Virus record (IMG/VR): IMGVR_UViG_3300019487_000032
Span: 625 to 64,624 of that record
Length of the DNA stretch: 64,000 nt
Direction: 5' to 3' (one strand)
DNA from: a virus
The notes below the pieces were generated by a model. It was given only the letters and a program-made list of their open reading frames with translations, searched no databases and was not told where the DNA came from. Position numbers and translations under genes: made by a program. This document shows, one piece after another, positions 55,076 to 63,493 of this stretch. Position 1 is the stretch's first letter. Each line of letters starts with the position of its first letter.

Positions 55076-55713
55076 CCGACGATCCGCTCTTGATCCACAT
55101 GCGGCAGCTCCGCGAGCAAGGCATGTCGGGCATCGGACCGCGCCTCGACGAGTTCCAAGTGCCGTGGTGCGACGTGATGTGTCCGTACTACGCGCAGCCG
55201 ATCTCGACGATCACGCTCAAGATCGTTCCGTACTGCATGTTGCTCGACGCGGCCCCCGCGAGCATCTGCGTCCCCGGTGTCCGCATCCTCGTCGACATGG
55301 CGAACCAGTTCGCTTGCCTGCAGCACGGAGAACCTATGCCCGACCCGATCAATCACAGCACCCGCGAACCGCACCAGCCCACGTACGCCATCGTCGTCGA
55401 GGGCGACATCACGATCGATCATCTCGACGACGCAAGGAACACCGAATATCAGGTCCGACTCGATCGCACAGGTCCCAGTGCCGTCGAGTTCACATTGACC
55501 ATCAACGGCAAGATCTGCGGCAAGCTGCCGTTCGACAACTTGGTCAAGGCCGCGACGCGCATCGATCCCGAGCACGCCATCGGGGCCGAGAAGCAGATCC
55601 AGCAGCTCCGCAAGCAACTGTCCGAGGCCCGCGCCGAGAAGTTCGACTGGCAGGCGCGTGCCGAACAGCTCGAAACGAAGATCGCCGCGTACGAAGCGTC
55701 GACGAAGGCCTGA
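55072..55713 (+). CDS. Hypothetical protein with C-terminal coiled coil
   Basis: GAGG RBS; GTGA overlap. Confidence 0.7.
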   Translation: MTDDPLLIHMRQLREQGMSGIGPRLDEFQVPWCDVMCPYYAQPISTITLKIVPYCMLLDAAPASICVPGVRILVDMANQFACLQHGEPMPDPINHSTREPHQPTYAIVVEGDITIDHLDDARNTEYQVRLDRTGPSAVEFTLTINGKICGKLPFDNLVKAATRIDPEHAIGAEKQIQQLRKQLSEARAEKFDWQARAEQLETKIAAYEASTKA

Positions 55714-55716
55714 GCG

Positions 55717-56373
55717 ATGCGCACGTTCGATACGACACCGGTTCGAGATCCGCGCAACGCGGCCGGCATGATGACCGACGTGCTCGCACTCGCGCTCGTC
55801 GGGCCCGCGTGGACCAAGTACGCCCCTGGCGGCGATGGCAACGTCGATGCGTGCGTGAAGGTCAGCCGCGAGTTCTCGAAGATGCCGCGCCACTTCACCA
55901 ACGGCTACAAGCGTCGTGGCGGGTCATCAGAGCTGTATCAGCGCATCAAGAAGATCAGCGAGGCGTTGCCGTACGATCCCAACTGGGTCGTACGCGACAA
56001 CGCGAAGCGCGAGGTCTACGGCAACGTGACAGCGCTCGGCGGACGCATCCTAGGGATTGCGCTCGACGCACTCGAAGACGAGCGACGCTGGGAGAAGTGC
56101 ATCTGCGAGACGCGCGAGCCCGCGAACACGTTCATAGGCACGCCAGCGCGCATCAACCCGCCCGAGTGGCTCAAGATCTGGCACGACTTCGTCTCGGGTG
56201 CGGCACGGCTCGGTGCAGACCTCGGCGAGATTGCCACCGTCGAGTGCGCGTGGCGCTTCCGCGACCTCACCGATCGTAGCCACCGGGGGCGCAACGTGCG
56301 CGCCGCGTGGGAAGCCGCGTGGCTGTCGGGCAACTACAAGTTCGCTACTGAGCTGATCGAGAGCATCCGATGA
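55717..56373 (+). CDS. Hypothetical protein
   Basis: Operon packing. Confidence 0.7.
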   Translation: MRTFDTTPVRDPRNAAGMMTDVLALALVGPAWTKYAPGGDGNVDACVKVSREFSKMPRHFTNGYKRRGGSSELYQRIKKISEALPYDPNWVVRDNAKREVYGNVTALGGRILGIALDALEDERRWEKCICETREPANTFIGTPARINPPEWLKIWHDFVSGAARLGADLGEIATVECAWRFRDLTDRSHRGRNVRAAWEAAWLSGNYKFATELIESIR

Positions 56374-56843
56374 CCCGAGGCAAGCCCAAAACGCCGTGGC
56401 AGCTCTACGTCGAGAAGCGCGCCGGCCGCAACCGGCGCCTTGTCAGCATGGCGACGTCGCGCCTGCAGCGTGAATACGACGAGATGAGCATGCTGCCGGC
56501 ACAGACGCAGCTCGGGATCCACCTCGGTCTCATCACGCTCACGAACTGCTCGACGAAGATCGTCGACATCCGCTCGCGTGCGCGCTGGATGCTGCACTGG
56601 ATGCTCGGCTACCTGCTCGACCAAGGGTTCACCGTCGAGGAAGCGTCAACCGACAACGCGCTCGATGCGATCGAAGCGCTCGTGATCGCGGCGGCACAAG
56701 TGCGCGAGAAGCAACCACCGCACATGCTCCACCTCAAGAGCAGCGTGCTGCTACACGCCGACGGCACACCGGTCCCGAACACGTGGACCACTGTCTACAA
56801 CACGGCGTGGAAGTTCATCGCCGCACTGGACAACATCGCATGA
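56370..56843 (+). CDS. Hypothetical protein
   Basis: ATGA overlaps. Confidence 0.7.
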   Translation: MTRGKPKTPWQLYVEKRAGRNRRLVSMATSRLQREYDEMSMLPAQTQLGIHLGLITLTNCSTKIVDIRSRARWMLHWMLGYLLDQGFTVEEASTDNALDAIEALVIAAAQVREKQPPHMLHLKSSVLLHADGTPVPNTWTTVYNTAWKFIAALDNIA

Positions 56844-57061
56844 AGACCAGGCTCGAATACCACTTGTACGCGGTGTTCCCGTCGAACGGCGGCACGGTAC
56901 GTATCGGCGTGTTCCTCAGCGAGCGGACAGCGCGCGACATCGGCAACGCGATCTTCGAGTTCGCCGACGAGGTCTACTACAAGGTCAAGCCACGCCGCCC
57001 CGACACCAAACCATACCGCAAGCCGCGCCACTGGCCGCGCACACCGACCTGGCCCTCGTGA
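56840..57061 (+). CDS. Small hypothetical protein
   Basis: ATGA/GTGA overlaps. Confidence 0.6.
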   Translation: MKTRLEYHLYAVFPSNGGTVRIGVFLSERTARDIGNAIFEFADEVYYKVKPRRPDTKPYRKPRHWPRTPTWPS

Positions 57062-57834
57062 GCAGACTCGACCTCGAAGAAGCAGCCACCTGGTTGGAGC
57101 TGGCCGCGACGGTCGCGCGCCTTCCAGCGACTGGCTTACTCGCACGACTACGCAACGGTGACGAGGGGCTCGCTGAAGCGATCGTCGCGATCATGGAAGC
57201 GGAGCGTTCACCGTCGCAGCGGCTCGACGCTGTGCGCGACTTTCTGGTGATGCACACCCTCGGTGAGACATGGGATCCGGCGACCGACGTCCAGCAAGCG
57301 CTGTGGCGCCCCGAGACGTCGCCGTTCCAGGTTCCGCCGCGGTTCCTCGACGTTTGGTTCAAGCCGACGCCGGACGAGATGCAACGCGGGAAGGGTATCG
57401 AGGCGTCGATGCGCATCCGCCAGTATTACGATTCGCTGGATCTGAGTCTGGACATGCTCAACTCGACGCGTCTGTTCGGCAACTCGAACATCGGCAACGC
57501 ACGACAGACCAACCTGCAGGCGTCGGGACAGCTGACGATCGACGACACGCCGACGCTCCTCACGTCGTGGTGGATCACGACGGCACCGTGGCCACGCGCC
57601 GACGAGTTCTTCGCGAAGACGTGGCTGACGATGGTCGTCGGTGGCCGCCCCGAGGCGATGACAATCGGGCTCGAACTGCTACGCCGACGGCAGACCGTGC
57701 TCGTGCCGGTCCCCGAACGTCAGAACTTTGAGGTGCGGTTCGATCTCAGCTACGCCCACGAAGACGTCTACCCCAGGCACGCGCCGCCGCTCTACGTATT
57801 CGTCGAGGGCTGGGGCCGTCGGAGAACACAATGA
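57058..57834 (+). CDS. Hypothetical protein; C-terminal half possibly a jelly-roll capsid-like domain
   Basis: YYDSL..STRLFGNSNIGN..TNLQASGQL..VVGGRP..VPVPERQNFEV..VFVEG; the fold call is from recollection only. Confidence 0.6.
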   Translation: MSRLDLEEAATWLELAATVARLPATGLLARLRNGDEGLAEAIVAIMEAERSPSQRLDAVRDFLVMHTLGETWDPATDVQQALWRPETSPFQVPPRFLDVWFKPTPDEMQRGKGIEASMRIRQYYDSLDLSLDMLNSTRLFGNSNIGNARQTNLQASGQLTIDDTPTLLTSWWITTAPWPRADEFFAKTWLTMVVGGRPEAMTIGLELLRRRQTVLVPVPERQNFEVRFDLSYAHEDVYPRHAPPLYVFVEGWGRRRTQ

Positions 57835-58073
57835 GCTGGGATGACAAGACGTTCATGGCGCGCGGGCTCTATGTCCGGCACGCGTACAAGCGCCGCCGTG
57901 GCTGCCACGGCGTCTGCGTGCGGTGTGGCGTGAAGCGTCGCTCGACGTCGAGCGGATACGAGTACTACGATCCGAAGCGACAGCCTCGTTACGCACCACC
58001 GAATCAGGCCAAGAAGTGTCCACCGTACTGGACCATTGCTAATCCACCTTGCGTCGCACGACGTGTTTCATAA
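57831..58073 (+). CDS. Small Cys-containing protein
   Basis: CHGVCVRCG; ATGA overlap. Confidence 0.55.
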   Translation: MSWDDKTFMARGLYVRHAYKRRRGCHGVCVRCGVKRRSTSSGYEYYDPKRQPRYAPPNQAKKCPPYWTIANPPCVARRVS

Positions 58074-58088
58074 CCAGGAGCTTTGTCC

Positions 58089-58769
58089 ATGGCGTTTACA
58101 TCCCGTCCTATTTCTCGCAATGATCGCGGTCAAGGCAGCACCTACCGGCGGAAGTACACCATCAGTGTTCACGCTGTAGAACGGTATCGCGAACGGGTTG
58201 ACGAAGAATTTCGACACCGCGACGATCAAGACCTCGGGAACATGCTCGACGAGAAGTTGCAGCATCCCGAGAGTACTCAGACAGTCCGCGATCCGCGGGC
58301 GCCTGAGGAAGTCACGCAGCTGTTCGAGATCGTGATGCGCACAGGCTCGAACTACTACGTGGTCATGCGCAACGACACGGCGATTACCGTGCTCGATCCC
58401 AGCATGGTGAAGATCAACTTCAAAGAGGGCACGTGGAAACAGGCACTCAACACGCCGTTCGCGAACGACGCACTCAAGAAGACGATGCACGACATTCAAG
58501 TCAACGGTGCCAAGAAGCCGACGCCGATCGAACAGGCGAAGGCCGAGATCGCGTTGCCCGTAGCTGACGCAGCGCCCGCGTTCTCGCCGTTGGAGCTTGC
58601 CGGCCTGACACACGCGCGGTCGCTGCGGCGCTGTCGCGAGGTTGACGTTGCCCTCGAACGGGCGAAGCGCGAAGTCGAGCGCCTCGAAGCCGACAAGCTG
58701 ACGGCGCAGACCGAGTGCGAGACGGCGCGGCTCACGTTGTTCAAGCTCGCCGAGGAAGGTGACGTATGA
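58089..58769 (+). CDS. Hypothetical protein with coiled coil
   Basis: AGGAG RBS; ISVHAVERYRER motif. Confidence 0.7.
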   Translation: MAFTSRPISRNDRGQGSTYRRKYTISVHAVERYRERVDEEFRHRDDQDLGNMLDEKLQHPESTQTVRDPRAPEEVTQLFEIVMRTGSNYYVVMRNDTAITVLDPSMVKINFKEGTWKQALNTPFANDALKKTMHDIQVNGAKKPTPIEQAKAEIALPVADAAPAFSPLELAGLTHARSLRRCREVDVALERAKREVERLEADKLTAQTECETARLTLFKLAEEGDV

Positions 58770-59098
58770 CGATCCCGACCACCAAAGGCGAGTGGATCAC
58801 GAGCGAGGAGCAGACCACGCGCTGGGTCAACGGCGATTCCGTGCACCGCCAGTTCAAGCTGGAGATCGTCGACGATGATGGTGTCACCGTCGTACGCACG
58901 CAGGACATGGACGAGTGCACGCCCGACTTCTCGTGCTGCCGTCCGAACCTGCTCGTCGATCGCGAGATCCGCGAGGCGTTCGCCGCTGCGTCCGAGCGCG
59001 AGCGCTACAAGTTCCTCGGCACGTTCCTGCGCGCGATGCTCGCCGATGTGCATGAACTGCCCGCGACGCACGTCTCTACCGGTGAGGTGCCAACGTGA
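58766..59098 (+). CDS. Hypothetical protein
   Basis: ATGA overlap; CTPDFSCC. Confidence 0.7.
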   Translation: MTIPTTKGEWITSEEQTTRWVNGDSVHRQFKLEIVDDDGVTVVRTQDMDECTPDFSCCRPNLLVDREIREAFAAASERERYKFLGTFLRAMLADVHELPATHVSTGEVPT

Positions 59099-59394
59099 GC
59101 GAGTCCATGTACACGACCGAAGAACGCAAAGCGATCCTCGCCAAGATGCGGGCGGCGTCGAACCTGTTCTACAGCGCCGCCGCAAGCGCCGGCTGCCATG
59201 CCTTCATCGAGTTCACGGGGCTGATGAACGAGTTCATCAAGCTCTGCGAGACCGCCGAGGCGCAGGGCCTACCGTGGGTGCATGCGAACGTCCACGGCGA
59301 CGTGCATCTACCGTTCAAGCCGCACCACGTCGAGTACCTGAGCGAGAAGCTGGAGTGCATCTACGGCTGTCGGCTCAAGCTCGTCGACGAGTGA
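59095..59394 (+). CDS. Hypothetical protein
   Basis: GTGA overlap; HAFIEFTGLMNEFI. Confidence 0.7.
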   Translation: MSESMYTTEERKAILAKMRAASNLFYSAAASAGCHAFIEFTGLMNEFIKLCETAEAQGLPWVHANVHGDVHLPFKPHHVEYLSEKLECIYGCRLKLVDE

Positions 59395-59609
59395 TGGGCA
59401 CGCTCTCGAACACGCTCCGACGTGGTGGTGGGCCGCGACCACGTAGCAACGGCTCCAAGAGCGGGCCGCTGCGTAAGGTCATTTCCGTCGAGTACAAAGG
59501 CGACGTGCCCTTCGAGACCTACGAGTGCGGGCACATCGCGATCGCGAAGCGCGACCTCATGGGCTACACGAACGCGACGCGGCGCCGTTGTCGGAAGTGC
59601 AAAGCGTGA
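59394..59609 (+). CDS. Small Zn-ribbon-like protein
   Basis: YECGH ... RCRKC; TGATG coupling. Confidence 0.6.
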   Translation: MGTLSNTLRRGGGPRPRSNGSKSGPLRKVISVEYKGDVPFETYECGHIAIAKRDLMGYTNATRRRCRKCKA

Positions 59610-59956
59610 TGCCGCCGAACCTGACAGACCGCATCGCGATGCAGATGTTCCGTGTGGCCACGGGGCACCTGCAAAACGAATCGATCATGCTCAACAAGGC
59701 GGGACGCGTCGTACCCAGCACCGTTCTGCAGTCGGGGGTGTACCAGCTCGCATTCCAGCTCGCGAAGCAGGGCTTGGCGCCGAGCGATCTCGATCGTCCC
59801 GAGGGTCGTGACGCGCTCGAAGCGGTCGCGTCCACGATCTTCCCGAAGCGGCTCACCACCGTGATCAGCCTCGTGCGGCTCCCTGACGAGTGGAAGCACG
59901 TCGTCAACGCCGCCCACCGTCACGCTGAACACTTCGCGCGACAGGTGCGCACGTGA
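59609..59956 (+). CDS. Hypothetical protein, QGLxPxD family paralog 1
   Basis: QGLAPSDLDRPEGRDALEAVA. Confidence 0.65.
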   Translation: MPPNLTDRIAMQMFRVATGHLQNESIMLNKAGRVVPSTVLQSGVYQLAFQLAKQGLAPSDLDRPEGRDALEAVASTIFPKRLTTVISLVRLPDEWKHVVNAAHRHAEHFARQVRT

Positions 59957-60372
59957 GAGAAGTGCGCCGCTACTCGGACAGGACCGTCACGACGGCAGCG
60001 CGACGCGTTCGCCGCGCGATGCGCCACATCCCGCACAAGGGCCTGTCGATGCGCGATCAGCTCGACATGCTCGTGTGCCAGTTGATTCGCCAAGGCCTCG
60101 AACCGATCGATGTTGCACGTGAGCGCGGTGCCGACGCACTGGTGATCATCGCGAGCGCGTTGCCCGCGAAGACGGCGATCGACACCGAGACGACCGGCCT
60201 CAAGCCCGGCTGGATCGTCGTCGACAGCTACGTGTCCGAGGTCGAGATCGCGCCCGGCAAGTTCATGCACCTGCCGACGCCGACACGCATTCGCACGACG
60301 AAGGAACCGTCGTCGACGTGGCAACGCGTGATCGATCGTGTGCTACAAATGCCGGAGCGACAAACGCCTTGA
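59953..60372 (+). CDS. Hypothetical protein, QGLxPxD family paralog 2
   Basis: QGLEPIDVARERGADALVIIA. Confidence 0.65.
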   Translation: MREVRRYSDRTVTTAARRVRRAMRHIPHKGLSMRDQLDMLVCQLIRQGLEPIDVARERGADALVIIASALPAKTAIDTETTGLKPGWIVVDSYVSEVEIAPGKFMHLPTPTRIRTTKEPSSTWQRVIDRVLQMPERQTP

Positions 60373-60800
60373 CGCGCGGCATCCCGCAAAGCCGCCGCCA
60401 CCAAGACGTCAACGCGTCTGGTGTCGGATGGCGTGTCGCCGATGCCATCAATCGCGCGGTGCATCGATGGCAGCATCAGTTGAATAACGCCGCCGCCCGC
60501 GACTGTCTCGACGAGGGTCGCGTCGATATCCAACTCGCGTTGATCGTGATCGCGAGCGCGCACTGCCAAGGGCTCTCGCCCGCCGACTTCGACACACCCA
60601 ACGGCCAACCGGCGCTCCGCGCCTTGGCTGAAGCTCTCGCGAGCGATCGCGAGCTGCGCGGTATCGCCAAGCGCGAAGTCATCAACGCGTCGTACGGCGG
60701 CAAGAGCACGCTGCTGATCGGTGAATGGGCCGAGGTGCAACGCGCGTCGCAGTACCTGCTGGAGAAGCAGCCCCGCCGGTACGAGGTCGAGTACAAGTGA
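60369..60800 (+). CDS. Hypothetical protein, QGLxPxD family paralog 3
   Basis: TTGA overlap start; QGLSPADFDTPNGQPALRALA. Confidence 0.6.
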   Translation: MTRGIPQSRRHQDVNASGVGWRVADAINRAVHRWQHQLNNAAARDCLDEGRVDIQLALIVIASAHCQGLSPADFDTPNGQPALRALAEALASDRELRGIAKREVINASYGGKSTLLIGEWAEVQRASQYLLEKQPRRYEVEYK

Positions 60801-60801
60801 C

Positions 60802-60832
60802 GATCGCGCGAGCGATCAGCTAGGATGGGCGC
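60802..60832 (+). promoter_or_regulatory. Palindrome plus leaderless-type promoter
   Basis: GATCGCGCGAGCGATC-N3-TAGGAT-N6-ATG. Confidence 0.65.
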
Positions 60833-61063
60833 ATGGCGAAGCGGCAACGGAAGAAGATCGATCTGTACGCGCGCAAGAAGCTCTGGTGCATCTTCACGCT
60901 GAAGGGCCGCAAGAAGCAGCTCCAACGCTGCACAACGCGGCTGCGTGAAGCACTCGCGATCCGCAATGAAGCTGCCAAACGACACCCGCAGTCGGGTCGC
61001 TGGGTGGTAAAGCGCCCGACACGTGCCGAGGCCAAGCAGTTCGGCATCCTGCACAAGTTCTAG
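60833..61063 (+). CDS. Small basic protein
   Basis: 76 aa, Lys/Arg-rich; ends QFGILHKF. Confidence 0.65.
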   Translation: MAKRQRKKIDLYARKKLWCIFTLKGRKKQLQRCTTRLREALAIRNEAAKRHPQSGRWVVKRPTRAEAKQFGILHKF

Positions 61064-61066
61064 TCC

Positions 61067-61095
61067 GATCGCGCGAGCGATCGTAGAATCGTCCG
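61067..61095 (+). promoter_or_regulatory. Palindrome plus leaderless-type promoter
   Basis: GATCGCGCGAGCGATC-N1-TAGAAT-N6-ATG. Confidence 0.65.
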
Positions 61096-61740
61096 ATGCC
61101 GACCTGGCCCAAAGGTGGACGAACTACAGAACGCTGGCGCAAGAAGCTCGAACGCGTCGCGACGTGGGTTCCTGTCGACGCACTGCTTGCATGGATCGAC
61201 ACCGAATCCGGCGGGCGGCCCGACGTCACTACGAGCCTCGGTGAGCGCGGGCTGTTCCAGGTGCATCCGGCCGAAGTCGAGATGCTCGGGCTCACGCAGG
61301 ACGAGTTCATGCGGCTCACGACCGACACTGATCTCGCGCTGCGCTACGGCGTGAAGGCGGCCAAGCTGTTCGCGTACCAGGCCAAGAAGGATCTCGGCAA
61401 GGTCGGTGTCGCGTGGCACGGCCGTGACTTCTGGAAGCTCGTGAAGCTCTACCACGGCGCGTACGCGATGCCGTCGAGCGCGCTCAACGCGTTCATGCGC
61501 GTGAACGGTCGCGGGCCGGAGAACTGGGCCGAGCTGTACGCGTTCACGCTGCAGGAAGCGCACGCTGGCCGCGACCTCGTGCCAACCAATCCACAGCTGT
61601 CGAAAACCCTACGCCAGCTCACCAACTTCATCATGTCGAACGCCGAGAAGACCGGCGAAGCGTCCGAGTTGCCCGTGTACAGCCGCGACAAGGTTGCAGT
61701 AGTTACAGGCCTGCTGCGCCAGGCCGGGTTCCCGATCTAA
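61096..61740 (+). CDS. Lytic transglycosylase/lysozyme-like protein (candidate endolysin)
   Basis: WIDTESGGRP..GERGLFQV. Confidence 0.75.
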   Translation: MPTWPKGGRTTERWRKKLERVATWVPVDALLAWIDTESGGRPDVTTSLGERGLFQVHPAEVEMLGLTQDEFMRLTTDTDLALRYGVKAAKLFAYQAKKDLGKVGVAWHGRDFWKLVKLYHGAYAMPSSALNAFMRVNGRGPENWAELYAFTLQEAHAGRDLVPTNPQLSKTLRQLTNFIMSNAEKTGEASELPVYSRDKVAVVTGLLRQAGFPI

Positions 61741-61749
61741 GCTCGACGC

Positions 61750-61914
61750 ATGGCCTTCATCTTCCTCGTCGCTTTCATTGCTGGTCTGTTCATGTACCTC
61801 TTGCCTTCGTCCAACGCGAAGATCACCCGCATCGGCGAGATGCTGCTGTTCTCGTGCATCTTGTCGGCGTTGATCGCTGTCGCGCCCGCCGCAATCACGA
61901 AGCTCGTCCACTGA
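61750..61914 (+). CDS. Small two-transmembrane holin-like protein
   Basis: MAFIFLVAFIAGLFMYLL..IGEMLLFSCILSALIAV; directly after the SLT gene. Confidence 0.5.
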   Translation: MAFIFLVAFIAGLFMYLLPSSNAKITRIGEMLLFSCILSALIAVAPAAITKLVH

Positions 61915-62546
61915 TGGGCGTGTTAGGGTGGCCGCGCACGGGCGACCTCGTGCGCGATCTGGAGAGCTACATGCGGAAGGAACGAGAGCTAGGGGTCTGG
62001 GGCTTCCCGCACTTCGTGCGGTACCTGCGCGCGATCATCGTGCGCCTGACGCCACAACCGCACCGCTGCACCATCGAGGTGCTTGACGCCGCCGAGCAAT
62101 GTCTCGCGGCGAACACGGGCGGCCTGCTCAACGCGCTCATCACGACACCACCCGGCGGGTCGCGCCCTGTGCGCATGGGCACGCAGGCCCAATCGCGTGC
62201 GCACCTCTCGCGTTGCGCCGCGAACGCGATCTGCGAAGTCATCGGCTGTTGGGCCGGTCACGATCCACAGCCAGGCTTGTCCGCGGGCGTGAAGTTTCAC
62301 GACACGTCCGACGCACAGGCTGCAAGCCACGCGTACGAGCGCGCCAAGTCGATCGTGCGCGCGATCGAGAGCAATGCGCTCGACATCGGCATGACCATGA
62401 ACGACCTCTTGGAGTGCGCTGTCGATGCGTTTTCCGACACGGACCTCGACGCCAACCGTCGCGATGCAGCCGTGGCTGCGATGCAGGCTGGACACTTCAA
62501 GCTCGGCCACGAGATTGTCACCGACGCGCCCCGCGACAAGAACTAA
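61914..62546 (+). CDS. Hypothetical protein
   Basis: TGATG coupling. Confidence 0.65.
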   Translation: MGVLGWPRTGDLVRDLESYMRKERELGVWGFPHFVRYLRAIIVRLTPQPHRCTIEVLDAAEQCLAANTGGLLNALITTPPGGSRPVRMGTQAQSRAHLSRCAANAICEVIGCWAGHDPQPGLSAGVKFHDTSDAQAASHAYERAKSIVRAIESNALDIGMTMNDLLECAVDAFSDTDLDANRRDAAVAAMQAGHFKLGHEIVTDAPRDKN

Positions 62547-62600
62547 TCCCGGGCGCAAGTCGCTCTTGACAAGTTCGGCCCGAACCGGCTACGTACGTTC

Positions 62601-62734
62601 CCGACCAAGGAGAACGAACGAGCCTCGGGATACAGCAAGCGGACACAGCCCACGGAGTCGACGCCGTGTTGGCGCAGTCCGATTTGCAAAACAGGTTGAT
62701 TGGTCGACGCCCGGAACAGTTCGTGACAGGTCGG
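62601..62734 (+). ncRNA. Candidate structured RNA or leader
   Basis: ORF-free; downstream of TTGACA (62566-62571); four nested helices CCGACC/GGTCGG, ACGAAC/GTTCGT, CGGG/CCCG, GTCGAC/GTCGAC. Confidence 0.3.
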
Positions 62735-62759
62735 AGAGTACGGCCCCCTACGGGTTCAC

Positions 62760-63422
62760 ATGAACGAAGACGAGATCGACTGGCTCAAGGGTATGGTGCA
62801 ACTCGAAGACGAAGCCGGCGGCTTCCCGGGTGTGACGAGTGGCGTACGCCAGCATCGCGACTGGCGTAACGTCATGCGGCCGGGCTACTTCGGTCGACGT
62901 CGCGATCTCAAGCACGCGCAGTTTGATCAGCAGTACGGCGCCGGCAACTGGCGCCTCGCGTGGGTCGTCACCGGCAACGCGGTCAGTGGTCCCGCGGCCG
63001 ACGTCGTGTTCCCGTTCGTGCGCGCGTGCAAGCAGTTCTACGAGGAGAGCTACTACGTGCACCTCAAGGACCGCCCCGACGCGATCGACTTCATCTGTGA
63101 GTTCACCGAGTGCATGGACAACGCACCGACCAATGTGCACTCGGGCTGCGACTACGCCGCGCAGGAAGCGTACTCGACGCACATCCAAGACATTGCCGTG
63201 CGCAACGTGCTCGCGCGGCTCGGCCGTTCGTTCACCGGCAAGCGCACCGAGCTGCTCGTGATCCGTTCATCAGATTCGAACGGCTACAGGTTCGGTCCCG
63301 GCAACGTGCCGTTCTACTTGCCCGAGTGGATCACGCGCCCGTCACTGTGCCCGACATGGGCGAGTGCGCGCAGCGTCGAGGACTTCTGGCAGAGTAACAA
63401 GTGGTTGCAGATCGCCGCTTGA
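62760..63422 (+). CDS. Hypothetical protein
   Basis: 220 aa; GGAG upstream. Confidence 0.7.
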   Translation: MNEDEIDWLKGMVQLEDEAGGFPGVTSGVRQHRDWRNVMRPGYFGRRRDLKHAQFDQQYGAGNWRLAWVVTGNAVSGPAADVVFPFVRACKQFYEESYYVHLKDRPDAIDFICEFTECMDNAPTNVHSGCDYAAQEAYSTHIQDIAVRNVLARLGRSFTGKRTELLVIRSSDSNGYRFGPGNVPFYLPEWITRPSLCPTWASARSVEDFWQSNKWLQIAA

Positions 63423-63493
63423 ACGAAAATTTGAATCTGTCGGTCGGACCTTAAAGATCCAGGCCGATCTCTTGAATGTGCTACCGTCCTGCG

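Noticed and set aside
62675-62700. GATTTGCAAAAC resembling a tRNA-Cys anticodon arm
   Set aside because: The stem does not close, and there is no matching T-arm or acceptor stem.
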